This document shows, piece after piece, positions 38,565-48,497 of a stretch of DNA of 64,000 nt. Position numbers and translations under genes: made by a program. Within the stretch, counting starts at the first letter, position 1. The number at the start of each line of letters is the position of its first letter. The stretch is from Bacteroidota bacterium (GTDB lineage Bacteria > Bacteroidota > Bacteroidia > Palsa-965), in the NCBI GenBank assembly GCA_013288325.1, contig JABDCB010000006.1, positions 10,324 to 74,323 on the forward strand, read 5' to 3'. Under the pieces are notes generated by a model that was given only the letters and a program-made list of their open reading frames with translations, searched no databases and was not told where the DNA came from.

Positions 38565-39095
38565 GTGCAGAATATGGTCAAGAAAGAAAAGCATATTATT
38601 CAGTTCGCGGGTCTGCCAATAGGTAAACACGATTTTGTATTTGAACTGGATGATTCGTTTTTTGCATCTTTTGAGCATTCTGAAATTACCAAAGGAAAAT
38701 TTGTCTTTCATGTAGGTTTGCAAAAACAGGCCACGATGTTGGTCCTTCATTTTCAGATGAAAGGGAAGGCTATCCTGGAATGTGATCGTTGTGGAGATGA
38801 AATGACATTGCCATTGGAAGGAGATTTGAATCTGATAGTGCGGTTGGGAGGAGAGGCGAGTGAAGAAAATGATGAAATCATCGTTCTTCCGGCATCAGCG
38901 AATGAGATTGATGTGTCTACGTTGATGTATGAGCACATGATTCTTTCTCTACCGTTGCGGAGAACACATCCGGGAAAAACAGGAAAAAATGCCTGTAATC
39001 CGGAAGTAATAAAGAAACTGGAACAGATTTCCATACAGACAGCATCCGAAACGGATCCGAGATGGAAAGCGTTGAAGAATATTAAATTGAAGTAA
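38565..39095 (+). CDS. YceD/DUF177 family protein
   Basis: 176 aa with a CDRCGDEM motif, located immediately upstream of rpmF as in most bacteria. Confidence 0.75.
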   Translation: MQNMVKKEKHIIQFAGLPIGKHDFVFELDDSFFASFEHSEITKGKFVFHVGLQKQATMLVLHFQMKGKAILECDRCGDEMTLPLEGDLNLIVRLGGEASEENDEIIVLPASANEIDVSTLMYEHMILSLPLRRTHPGKTGKNACNPEVIKKLEQISIQTASETDPRWKALKNIKLK

Positions 39096-39132
39096 GTACG
39101 TTTATTGTTGAATAATTTTAAAAAACAGACCT

Positions 39133-39318
39133 ATGCCAAATCCGAAACACAAACACTCCAAAAGCCGGAGCGCAAAGCGGAGGACTCACTATAAGGCGAC
39201 TGCTCCAACAGTGAGCACGTGTTCGAACTGTGGAGCTCCTGTCCTTTATCACCGTGTTTGCGGCGAATGTGGATACTACCGTGGTAAGCAAGCCATCGAG
39301 AAATCCGTCACTGCTTAA
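39133..39318 (+). CDS. rpmF: 50S ribosomal protein L32
   Basis: 61 aa with MPNPKHKHSKSRSAKRRTH and a zinc ribbon CSNCG..CGECG. Confidence 0.93.
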   Translation: MPNPKHKHSKSRSAKRRTHYKATAPTVSTCSNCGAPVLYHRVCGECGYYRGKQAIEKSVTA

Positions 39319-39332
39319 CGTAAATGAAGATG

Positions 39333-39380
39333 GAAATCAGAAATAAAGTTTTTGCACTTAACATTTCTGATTTCTTTTTT
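39333..39380 (+). terminator. rho-independent terminator/attenuator after rpmF
   Basis: A 12-bp stem (gaaatcagaaat / atttctgatttc) with an 18-nt loop is followed by tttttt. It lies 41 nt before the plsX start. Confidence 0.65.
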
Positions 39381-39421
39381 CTCATGTACATCTCTTCACC
39401 TCCGATACCAGCCATTCGCTT

Positions 39422-40360
39422 ATGAATATAGCGATTGATATCATGGGGGGCGATTTTGCTCCCCGGGCTACAGTGCTGGGCGCCATCCTCGCTAAAAAGG
39501 AATTGCCCCCTCATGTCAAACTCATTCTGATCGGCGATGAAACGCAGATTATTCCGCTATTGGATGAATTTAAAGTTGCGTCATCGCAATTCGAAATCAT
39601 TCATACCACGGAAGTGATAGGAATGGGTGAACACCCTACTAAAGCATTTTCTCAAAAACCTAAATCAACCATAGGTATTGGCTTTCAGCTTCTCAAAGAA
39701 GGCAAAGTCGATGCATTTGCAAGCAACGGAAATACCGGAGCTATGCTGGTCGGTTCTATGTATACCGTTAAAACCATTGCAGGGGTTATTCGCCCTTGTA
39801 TCACCTCTATTTTACCTAAAGAAAGCGGCGGCGTAGGCCTTCTGCTTGATGTTGGCACCAATGCCGATTGTAAGCCGGATGTATTATACCAGTTTGGTGT
39901 ATTGGGATCACTTTGTGCCGAATACGTTTATGGAATGAAAAAACCCAGAGTCGGGTTACTTAATATAGGTGAAGAACCTGAAAAAGGGAACCTCGTAACA
40001 CAGGCGGCACATAACCTGATGAAGGACTCCAAGGATTTTAACTTTGTAGGTAATGTGGAAGGCCGTGACTTGTTTGAAGACAAAGCCGATGTAATTGTTT
40101 GCGATGGCTTTACCGGCAATGTGGTGTTGAAAGAAGCAGAGGCATTTTATACCATGCTTCGCAAAAGAAAGCTGATTGATTCTTATTTCGAACGATTCAA
40201 CTACGAATTATACGGTGGCACTCCGGTGCTTGGAATCAATGCCAACGTAATTATCGGGCATGGGATTTCCAATGAAATAGCAGTAAAAAATATGTTGAAA
40301 CTGGCCAACGATGTGGCAGAAGCCAGACTGCATGAAAAGATTAAACAGGCCTTTCAATGA
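39422..40360 (+). CDS. plsX: phosphate acyltransferase PlsX
   Basis: 312 aa with motifs [16 protein letters not shown] and [11 protein letters not shown]. Confidence 0.92.
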   Translation: MNIAIDIMGGDFAPRATVLGAILAKKELPPHVKLILIGDETQIIPLLDEFKVASSQFEIIHTTEVIGMGEHPTKAFSQKPKSTIGIGFQLLKEGKVDAFASNGNTGAMLVGSMYTVKTIAGVIRPCITSILPKESGGVGLLLDVGTNADCKPDVLYQFGVLGSLCAEYVYGMKKPRVGLLNIGEEPEKGNLVTQAAHNLMKDSKDFNFVGNVEGRDLFEDKADVIVCDGFTGNVVLKEAEAFYTMLRKRKLIDSYFERFNYELYGGTPVLGINANVIIGHGISNEIAVKNMLKLANDVAEARLHEKIKQAFQ

Positions 40361-41352
40361 CAAAAATAGCAGCCGCCATAACAGCAGTGGGAGGATATGT
40401 TCCCGACTATATTCTCTCTAACAAAGAACTGGAGAAAATGGTGGATACCACGGATGAGTGGATCCTTACCAGGACAGGTATTAAGGAGCGCAGAATTCTG
40501 AAGGGGGAAGGCAAAGGGACTTCGGTGATGTGTATTGAAGCGGTGAAACGATTATTGGAAAAACGAAACATTTCTCCAATGGAAATCGACATGATTATTG
40601 TCGCGACCGTAACACCCGATTATGAATTCCCGTCCACTTCAAATATTGTATGTGATCAGGTAGGTGCTAAGAATGCCTGGGGATATGATTTGAGTGCAGC
40701 CTGTTCCGGATTTTTGTATGCATTGGCAACAGGTGCTCAGTTTATTGAAACAGGAAGATATAAAAAAGTAATTGTGGTGGGAGGGGATAAGATGTCTTCC
40801 ATCATTGATTATACAGATCGTTCTACCTGTATTATTTTCGGTGATGGAGCAGGGGCCGTATTGTTGGAACCTACCACAGAAGATGTGGGTATGAAGGATT
40901 TCATATTGCGTGCCGATGGATCGGGTATCAAACACCTGTTTATGAAAGGCGGAGGTTCTGCTTATCCTTCCAGTCAGGAAACGATTGATCGTCGTGAGCA
41001 TTATGTGTACCAGGAAGGCCAGGCAGTTTTCAAACATGCCGTAACAGGTATGGCTGATGTGTCAGCAGAAATTCTGGAAAAGAATAAAATGACCGGTAAG
41101 GATGTGCAATGGCTGGTAGCCCATCAGGCCAATAAACGGATTATTGATGCAACGGCAGAACGTATGCAACTGAAGCCAGAGCAAGTGCTCATGAATATTG
41201 AACGCTATGGCAATACCACGGCAGGAACAATTCCTTTGCTGCTCTGGGATTATGAAAAACAAATAAAAAAAGGAGACAATCTGATTCTCTCTGCTTTTGG
41301 CGGAGGATTTACCTGGGGAGCTATTTATCTCAAATGGGCTTATAATTCCTGA
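40357..41352 (+). CDS. fabH: beta-ketoacyl-ACP synthase III
   Basis: 331 aa with active-site Cys in AACSGF, plus HQAN and [10 protein letters not shown]. It overlaps the plsX stop by 4 nt. Confidence 0.92.
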   Translation: MTKIAAAITAVGGYVPDYILSNKELEKMVDTTDEWILTRTGIKERRILKGEGKGTSVMCIEAVKRLLEKRNISPMEIDMIIVATVTPDYEFPSTSNIVCDQVGAKNAWGYDLSAACSGFLYALATGAQFIETGRYKKVIVVGGDKMSSIIDYTDRSTCIIFGDGAGAVLLEPTTEDVGMKDFILRADGSGIKHLFMKGGGSAYPSSQETIDRREHYVYQEGQAVFKHAVTGMADVSAEILEKNKMTGKDVQWLVAHQANKRIIDATAERMQLKPEQVLMNIERYGNTTAGTIPLLLWDYEKQIKKGDNLILSAFGGGFTWGAIYLKWAYNS

Positions 41353-41402
41353 TTCTTTTCAGTCAAACTAACGGAACTAATATCAACTTAATACCTGCAA
41401 CA

Positions 41403-41900
41403 ATGAAGTTAAGCGAAATTCAGGATCTTATCAAGTTTGTAGCAAAATCGGGTGTCAGTGAAGTGGAGCTTCAAGACAAAGATTTCAAGATCATTATCAA
41501 AACAGGCAACAGAGGCAGAGGGCCCGAACCAACAGTGATGGTACAGGCTCCAGCACAAAATCCTGTTCAGCAACTTGTTCAGCAAACACTTGCTCCTGCA
41601 GCTCAGCAGGAACAGAAAGGCGGAGAAACACGCAAAGCCGGCGGAGCTGACGAATCCAAATATGTGACCATCAAATCCCCGATGATTGGGACATTCTATC
41701 GCCAGTCGGGTCCTGATAAACCTGTATTTGCCAATGTAGGCGATGAAATAAAACCGGGTAAAGTAATCTGCATTATTGAAGCCATGAAGCTTTTCAATGA
41801 AATTGAATCCGATATTTCCGGACGCATTGTAAAAGTGCTGGTTGATGATGCTACACCTGTTGAATACGATCAGCCATTATTCCTGGTTGAACCGGCTTAA
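41403..41900 (+). CDS. accB: acetyl-CoA carboxylase biotin carboxyl carrier protein
   Basis: 165 aa with a Pro/Ala/Gln-rich linker and the biotinylation motif IEAMKLFNEI. Confidence 0.92.
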   Translation: MKLSEIQDLIKFVAKSGVSEVELQDKDFKIIIKTGNRGRGPEPTVMVQAPAQNPVQQLVQQTLAPAAQQEQKGGETRKAGGADESKYVTIKSPMIGTFYRQSGPDKPVFANVGDEIKPGKVICIIEAMKLFNEIESDISGRIVKVLVDDATPVEYDQPLFLVEPA

Positions 41901-41981
41901 ATGATTGGATAAAATCTGAAATGCTGTATCCTGTGCAGGATCCGGTAACGATGTACATGTCCCAACTCAAAATGCTGACTT

Positions 41982-43322
41982 ATGTTTAAAAAAATACTGA
42001 TAGCGAATCGTGGAGAAATAGCATTACGGATTATCCGTACTTGCCGGGAAATGGGTATCCGTACTGTTGCCGTATATTCTACGGCCGATAAGGACTCCCT
42101 GCATGTGAAGTTCGCAGATGAAGCGGTTTGTATAGGTCCACCTCCGAGTAAAGATTCGTATCTCAATATTCCTAATATTATTGCCGCTGCTGAAATAACC
42201 AATGCGGATGCCATCCATCCGGGTTATGGATTCTTGTCCGAAAATTCAAAATTTTCGAGGATCTGTCAGAAACACAATATTAAATTCATCGGTGCTACCC
42301 CAGAACAGATTGATGCAATGGGCGATAAGTCCAATGCCAAGGATACGATGAAGAAAGCCGATGTGCCTTGTGTGCCAGGCTCTCCGGGACTTCTTTCTGA
42401 CGCCATCCAGGCCAAAACCATTGCTGCTGAAATCGGTTATCCGGTTATTATCAAAGCTACGGCAGGTGGTGGTGGAAGAGGAATGCGTATTGTGTGGAAC
42501 GAACAGGAACTGGGTCCTCACTTCGAATCGGCCAGTAAAGAAGCCGAAGCTGCATTTGGTAACGGTGCCATGTACATGGAAAAATATATTGAAGAGCCCC
42601 GTCACATCGAAATACAGATTGCCGGTGATCAATATGGAAAAGCCTGTCACCTGAGCGAAAGAGATTGTTCTATTCAACGCCGTCACCAGAAACTGGTGGA
42701 GGAAACACCATCTCCTTTTATGACTCCCGAATTGAGAGAACGTATGGGAGAAGCTGCTATCAAAGCTGCACTTGCCGTAAGTTATGAAGGAGTGGGTACC
42801 GTTGAATTCCTGGTTGATAAACACCGGAATTTCTATTTCATGGAAATGAACACCCGTATTCAGGTGGAACATCCTATAACGGAAGAGGTAATTGACTATG
42901 ACCTGATTCGTGAACAGATTTTAATAGCTGCCGGTGTTCCTATTTCCGGTAAAAATTACTATCCACAACTGCATGCCATCGAATGCCGTATCAATGCAGA
43001 AGATCCATTTAATAACTTCCGTCCTTCACCGGGCCGGATCACCACCTTGCATACTCCGGGTGGTCATGGAGTTCGTATTGATTCGCATATTTATGCCGGT
43101 TATACCATTCCGCCTAATTACGATTCTATGGTAGCCAAGCTCATCACCATGGCTCAGACCCGGGAAGAAGCCATTATGAAAATGAGCCGTGCCTTAAGTG
43201 AGTTTGTTATTGAAGGAGTAAAAACAACAATTCCTTTCCATCAGCGTCTGATGAAAGACGAGCAGTTCCTGAAGGGTGATTATACCACCAAGTTCATGGA
43301 AACCTTTGATTTGAAAGAATGA
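41982..43322 (+). CDS. accC: acetyl-CoA carboxylase biotin carboxylase subunit
   Basis: 446 aa with [11 protein letters not shown], an ATP-grasp domain, [11 protein letters not shown] and typical sequence throughout. Confidence 0.96.
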   Translation: MFKKILIANRGEIALRIIRTCREMGIRTVAVYSTADKDSLHVKFADEAVCIGPPPSKDSYLNIPNIIAAAEITNADAIHPGYGFLSENSKFSRICQKHNIKFIGATPEQIDAMGDKSNAKDTMKKADVPCVPGSPGLLSDAIQAKTIAAEIGYPVIIKATAGGGGRGMRIVWNEQELGPHFESASKEAEAAFGNGAMYMEKYIEEPRHIEIQIAGDQYGKACHLSERDCSIQRRHQKLVEETPSPFMTPELRERMGEAAIKAALAVSYEGVGTVEFLVDKHRNFYFMEMNTRIQVEHPITEEVIDYDLIREQILIAAGVPISGKNYYPQLHAIECRINAEDPFNNFRPSPGRITTLHTPGGHGVRIDSHIYAGYTIPPNYDSMVAKLITMAQTREEAIMKMSRALSEFVIEGVKTTIPFHQRLMKDEQFLKGDYTTKFMETFDLKE

Positions 43323-43333
43323 TAAGAAAGAAG

Positions 43334-43356
43334 AAGGAGGGCTCCCTCCTTTTTCT
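43334..43356 (+). terminator. rho-independent terminator after accC
   Basis: The sequence aaggagggctccctcctt (GC-rich inverted repeat) is followed by a T-rich tract (tttcttatattt). Confidence 0.6.
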
Positions 43357-43383
43357 TATATTTATCTTTCATTTTTTCAGTTT

Positions 43384-45378
43384 TTGATTCCGAAAGAAAC
43401 CATATCATCCATCTTTGAAGCGGCCCGTATTGACGAGGTCGTTGGCGATTTCGTTTCCCTCAAACGCAGGGGAACGAATATGATCGGATTGTGTCCGTTT
43501 CATAATGAAAAAACACCTTCTTTCAATGTCTCTCCGGTAAAAGGAATTTACAAATGTTTCGGATGCGGAAAAGCCGGCAATGCCGTCAATTTCATCATGG
43601 AGCATGAACAGCTCAGCTATCCCGAAGCATTGCGCTGGCTGGCTAAGAAATATAATATCCGTATTGAGGAGGAGGAACAGACCGCCGAACAGATCCAGGC
43701 CAATAATGCCCGTGAAAGCCTGTATGTAGTGTGTTCTTTTGCTCAGAAAAATTTCTCTCAAAATCTGATGGAGAGTGATGAAGGCCGCTCGGTAGGCCTG
43801 GGCTATTTCAGAGAGCGGGGCTTTCGGGATGATATTATTCAGAAATTCCAGTTAGGCTATAGTTTTGATCAGTGGAGAGGGTTTAGCGATGCAGCCTTAA
43901 AGGCAGGACATAAACTGGAATACCTCGTCAAGGCGGGACTTACCATTTCCAAAGAAAATACCAGTCCAACAGAAGCAGGCACCGAGCCTCAGGCTGATCG
44001 TTATTTCGATCGTTTTTCAGCCCGTGTTATTTTTCCGGTTCATAATGTAAGCGGTCGCGTGATCGCTTTCGGTGGACGTACACTGAAGACGGATAAAAAA
44101 GTTGCCAAGTATATCAACTCTCCGGAAACGGATATCTATCACAAGAGTCAGGTTCTTTACGGATTATATTTTGCCAAAAAGAAAATAGCCGAGTTAGATA
44201 ACTGTTTTTTAGTAGAGGGTTATACCGATGTAATTTCTCTTCATCAGGCCGGTATAGAAAATGTAGTGGCTTCTTCCGGTACTGCGCTTACGGTTGATCA
44301 GATTCGTCTCATCCGGCGTTATACAAACAATATCACCATTCTGTATGATGGTGACAGCGCGGGTATAAAGGCCAGTTTCCGTGGTATTGATCTGGTGCTG
44401 GAAGAAGGCATGAATGTGCGGGTGCTTCTTTTCCCCGATGGAGAAGATCCCGATTCCTTTTCAAAAAAGGTAAGCCCGGAAGAGTTACAGACTTTCATAA
44501 AGGATAATGCCAAGGATTTTATTGCATTCAAGGCACATTTGCTCTATAACGAGGCGTCTCATGATCCCATAAAGAAAGCGGGACTCATTAAAGAGATTGT
44601 AGAAAGTATTTCTCTTATTCCGGAACCTATTTATCGTTCGGTATACATCAAAGAATGCAGCCGTATCCTGGATGTGGATGAACAGGCATTGCTGAGCGAG
44701 CTAAATAAACTCCGTAGAAAAAAGCAATACGATAAACCCAAACAGGAAGAAGAACCGGAAGCATCGGGTATGCCCGATGAGCTGCTGCAATTGGCTCCCG
44801 GCGAAAAAATGGAATCTCCGGCAGAATCTGCCGACGCAGAGATTCAGGAAAAGGAGATCATCCGGATATTATTGCAATATGGTCATGAGCCCTTGAAATT
44901 TGTTCAGGAAGGGGAAGCCGGTGAAGAAGAAGAGGTGGAGGTAACAGTAGGTGAGTACCTGATTCATGAATTGCACGGTGATAATATTGAATTTGAAAAT
45001 GCCGGATACAAAGGCATGTTTCATGAGTTTATCCGTAAAGAAGGGGAGATACCCGACAGCAATTTTTTTATTCAACATCCTGACCCGGCTATCAGCAAAC
45101 TGGCTGTGGATATATTAAGTACGGATTATTCCCTCGCCAATTGGGATAAACATAATATACCGGTGCATCTGGAGAATATGAGTTTGAAACAAACCGTACA
45201 ATCTGCTGTATACGCCCTTAAGAATCGCAAAATAGAAAAGATGATTCTGGACAACCAGAAACGCCTTCGCTTAAGTAATAATTACGAAGAACAGGTAATC
45301 CTCATTACCGAGCAGCAGTATCTTATACAGGCTAAAAAATCCTTTTCCGCTTTATTGGGAAGAGTGATTTTAAAATAG
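43384..45378 (+). CDS. dnaG: DNA primase
   Basis: 664 aa with a TTG start as given in the ORF track. It has a zinc finger (CPFHNEKTPSF..CFGCGKAGN) and a TOPRIM domain (EGYTDVISL, DGDSAG). Confidence 0.92.
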   Translation: MIPKETISSIFEAARIDEVVGDFVSLKRRGTNMIGLCPFHNEKTPSFNVSPVKGIYKCFGCGKAGNAVNFIMEHEQLSYPEALRWLAKKYNIRIEEEEQTAEQIQANNARESLYVVCSFAQKNFSQNLMESDEGRSVGLGYFRERGFRDDIIQKFQLGYSFDQWRGFSDAALKAGHKLEYLVKAGLTISKENTSPTEAGTEPQADRYFDRFSARVIFPVHNVSGRVIAFGGRTLKTDKKVAKYINSPETDIYHKSQVLYGLYFAKKKIAELDNCFLVEGYTDVISLHQAGIENVVASSGTALTVDQIRLIRRYTNNITILYDGDSAGIKASFRGIDLVLEEGMNVRVLLFPDGEDPDSFSKKVSPEELQTFIKDNAKDFIAFKAHLLYNEASHDPIKKAGLIKEIVESISLIPEPIYRSVYIKECSRILDVDEQALLSELNKLRRKKQYDKPKQEEEPEASGMPDELLQLAPGEKMESPAESADAEIQEKEIIRILLQYGHEPLKFVQEGEAGEEEEVEVTVGEYLIHELHGDNIEFENAGYKGMFHEFIRKEGEIPDSNFFIQHPDPAISKLAVDILSTDYSLANWDKHNIPVHLENMSLKQTVQSAVYALKNRKIEKMILDNQKRLRLSNNYEEQVILITEQQYLIQAKKSFSALLGRVILK

Positions 45379-45488
45379 GCGGAACTATCCGCTCATAAGC
45401 CCCAGCCATCTAGTTGTTTCACTTCCATCTTTAAAAGAAGGTCAGAATTAAATCAGCAAATGATGTTGTATATGGAGAATAAGTGCTT

Positions 45489-45517
45489 TGAACTGGTCGC
45501 AAAATGCGACCAGTTCA
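45489..45517. terminator. 13-bp perfect inverted repeat between convergent dnaG and recJ (probable bidirectional terminator; no U-tract)
   Basis: The sequence is tgaactggtcgca-aaa-tgcgaccagttca. Confidence 0.45.
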
Positions 45518-45546
45518 GGCTTGAAGAGAAAGAATAGTTATTTATA

Positions 45547-47250
45547 TCAAACCCTTATATCCTTCACATTCAACTGAAGGGAAACGCTGCCGTTAAATTC
45601 ATTCTCTTCCAGCGCATAACAAACATCAAAAGGGATTTTCCGGGAGATGCTTTCAAGATGAGCAGCTTGTCCAAAGGCAATGGCAGGGAAGCAAATTTCT
45701 GGATGTTCAGGGTCCTGTATATCCAGTTTCAGGTGATTATTACCTACAACGCGTGCATAACCTTTATCCTGTACTCCATTGGTTTGAAAGATGGGGGCCA
45801 TATTAGCAGGGCCAAAAGGAGCAAACTGTTTGAGTATCCTAAGCAGTTTCCCGTCTATTTCGTTCAAACGGAGTTCGGTATCTATTTCTACTTCGGGCGT
45901 AAGCATATATTCTTCGATGGTGGAAGAAACAACGGCTTCAAATTTTTCAGTAAAAGCCTGAAGGTTTTCGGGAAGCATGGTGAGTCCGGCGGCATATTTA
46001 TGTCCCCCGAACTGCACCAGCAAATCGCTGCAAGCCTCAATAGCCTGATACACATCAAAGTCCTTTACCGAGCGAGCCGATCCGGTGATGAGGTTATCGT
46101 TTTGCGTCAGGATGATAGTAGGGCGGTAATATTTTTCGGTAAGACGGGAAGCCACGATTCCAACAACTCCTTTATGCCAGCCGGAATGAAAGAGGACCGT
46201 TGATTTCCTGCTTTTCATCACGTTGTCATTTTCAATCATCATCAGCGCATGCTGGGTGATACTCATATCCAAATCCTTGCGATCGGTATTGTTGCGGTTA
46301 ATGTGAACACCCGCCGCTTCAGCTATCTGCTCATTGCTGGAAACAAGGAGCTCCACAGCTTTGTTGCCGCTTTCAATCCTTCCTGCGGCGTTTATACGGG
46401 GCGCTATAAGGAACACAAGATCGCTGACCGTTAAGGGACGTTTGATATTCTGCATTTTCAGAATGGCCCGGAACCCTTCTCTTGCATTGGAGTTGATTCG
46501 TTTTAGACCGTGAAAGGCAAGGATTCTGTTTTCTCCGTTAATGGGAACAATGTCGGCAGCAATACTCACCACCACCAGATCCAGATATTCATGGAGAGCA
46601 GATTCGGGGATGCCTCTTTTTTGTGCCAGGGCCTGTATCAGCTTAAAACCGATTCCACAGCCGCTTAGTTCATCAAATGGATAAGAACAATCGGCTCGTT
46701 TGGGATCCAGTACAGCCACAGCTTTGGGGAGACTGGCCCCCGGACGGTGGTGATCACAAATAATAAAATCAATTCCCAGCTCATTGGCTTTTGCTATTTG
46801 TTCCAATGCCTTGATGCCGCAGTCCAGCGCAATGATAAGCGAGTATCCTTCCGCCTTGGCATAATCGATGCCCTGAAAAGAAATACCATAGCCTTCTTTG
46901 TAGCGGTCGGGAATATAAGAACCTACAGAAGGGTAAAAAGATTTAAGAAAAGAATAAACCAGAGCAACGGAAGTGGTGCCATCCACATCATAATCGCCGT
47001 AGACAAGTATTTTTTCTCCGCCAGCAACGGCCTTCTCAATACGGGATATGGCCTTGTCCATATCTTTCATCAGAAAGGGATCATGCAGGGCACTCATTTC
47101 CGGGCGGAAAAAAGCTTTGGCATCATCAAATGTGGTGATGCCGCGTTGTACAAGTAAGGAAGCAATGATAGGGCTTACCTGCAGGGAAGCTGCAAGCGCT
47201 GCAACCGTCTTCTCACTACCAATCTCCTTTTTGTTCCAGCGTTTAATCAT
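45547..47250 (-). CDS. recJ: single-stranded-DNA-specific exonuclease RecJ
   Basis: 567 aa with DHH-family motifs (YGDYDVDGTTS, ALDCG, ICDHH) and a DHHA1 domain (GGHKYAAG). Confidence 0.92.
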   Translation of the reverse strand: MIKRWNKKEIGSEKTVAALAASLQVSPIIASLLVQRGITTFDDAKAFFRPEMSALHDPFLMKDMDKAISRIEKAVAGGEKILVYGDYDVDGTTSVALVYSFLKSFYPSVGSYIPDRYKEGYGISFQGIDYAKAEGYSLIIALDCGIKALEQIAKANELGIDFIICDHHRPGASLPKAVAVLDPKRADCSYPFDELSGCGIGFKLIQALAQKRGIPESALHEYLDLVVVSIAADIVPINGENRILAFHGLKRINSNAREGFRAILKMQNIKRPLTVSDLVFLIAPRINAAGRIESGNKAVELLVSSNEQIAEAAGVHINRNNTDRKDLDMSITQHALMMIENDNVMKSRKSTVLFHSGWHKGVVGIVASRLTEKYYRPTIILTQNDNLITGSARSVKDFDVYQAIEACSDLLVQFGGHKYAAGLTMLPENLQAFTEKFEAVVSSTIEEYMLTPEVEIDTELRLNEIDGKLLRILKQFAPFGPANMAPIFQTNGVQDKGYARVVGNNHLKLDIQDPEHPEICFPAIAFGQAAHLESISRKIPFDVCYALEENEFNGSVSLQLNVKDIRV

Positions 47251-47269
47251 TTTAAAAAAATCGATAACA

Positions 47270-48370
47270 TTACTTTCTTTCCTTCACTTCGCTGATCTCT
47301 GTCTGTTTCCGGATGGATTCTTTATGAAGCGATTCGTAAATTTCTTTGATAAATGATTCCTGTAATCCGTGAATAACGCCGGAGGCAAGCCTGGAGCGTA
47401 ATATACTCAGCCATCGTTCCAGCTGGAAAACAGTTACATTATTATCCCGTTTGTATTCTCCTATCTGTTCCACCACTTCCATTCGTCTAGCAAGGGTGCG
47501 TATCAGCTCTTCGTCAATTTCATCAATAATCCTTCTCAGTTGCTCCAGCTGATCGGTAAATACCTGATTGTCCGAACTGGTATTGCGTATGGTTAATCCA
47601 TCCAGAAGCCATCCGAGGGTGTCGGGTGTTATCTGTTGTTTGGCATCACTCAACGCTTCTTCGGGGTGGATATGCGATTCGATCATCAATCCCGACATAT
47701 TCAGATCCAGCGCTTTCTGTGCTACGGCAGCCAATGTGTCTGTACGTCCGCAAATATGACTCGGGTCGCAAATAAGTGGTAGAGTAGGACAAAGGGTCTG
47801 TAGTTCTATGGCAAGCTCCCAACGGGGGATGTTTCGGAAATGGGTTTTATCGCTGGTATAGAAACCACGATGAATGGCGGCTAGTTTAGTAATCCCGGCC
47901 AGATTAAGTCGCTCCAGGGCACCAAGCCATAACTGAATATCGGCATGGATAGGATTTTTGACCATCACGGGTATGTCCACTCCTTTTAATGCTTCGGCAA
48001 TTTCCTGAACAGAGAAAGGATTAACCGTCGTACGTGCTCCTATCCAGAGTATATCTATACCATGACGTAAGGCTTCTTCCACATGTTCGGCACGGGCCAC
48101 TTCCACAGCGGTAAGCATCCCTGTTTCGGCCTTTACCCGGCTTAGCCAGCTCAATGCTTTTACACCCCGGCCTTCAAATGAATTGGGACGTGTTCTGGGC
48201 TTCCATACCCCGGCACGAAAAATAGTGACCCTTCCCAGCTGGGCCAGTCCACGTGCGGTCTGCATCACCTGTTCTTCCGATTCGGCTCCGCAGGGACCGC
48301 TGATAATCAGGGGACGGGTAAAGCCAGGGAGCCAGTCGGATAAAGCTTGTATTTGGAGTTCAGGTTCCAT
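47270..48370 (-). CDS. bifunctional 3-deoxy-7-phosphoheptulonate synthase (type I-beta) / chorismate mutase type II
   Basis: The N-terminal DAHPS core includes LIISGPCGAESEEQ and FRAGVWKPRTRP. The C-terminal about 90 aa is a helical chorismate-mutase domain (LRRIIDEIDEELIRTLARRMEVVEQIGEYK). The ORF is open to 48430, and the Met at 48370 is the likely start. Confidence 0.85.
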   Translation of the reverse strand: MEPELQIQALSDWLPGFTRPLIISGPCGAESEEQVMQTARGLAQLGRVTIFRAGVWKPRTRPNSFEGRGVKALSWLSRVKAETGMLTAVEVARAEHVEEALRHGIDILWIGARTTVNPFSVQEIAEALKGVDIPVMVKNPIHADIQLWLGALERLNLAGITKLAAIHRGFYTSDKTHFRNIPRWELAIELQTLCPTLPLICDPSHICGRTDTLAAVAQKALDLNMSGLMIESHIHPEEALSDAKQQITPDTLGWLLDGLTIRNTSSDNQVFTDQLEQLRRIIDEIDEELIRTLARRMEVVEQIGEYKRDNNVTVFQLERWLSILRSRLASGVIHGLQESFIKEIYESLHKESIRKQTEISEVKERK

Positions 48371-48497
48371 ATTAAATTCAGAGGTAAAGATACAAACTAA
48401 CCAGGGACAGATCATGGTCTGTCGGTACATAGTTTGGCTTCTGTCAGAGCAAAAAAATCCTTAATTTCATGACCTCAATCGCATCAAGAAAGCAGCT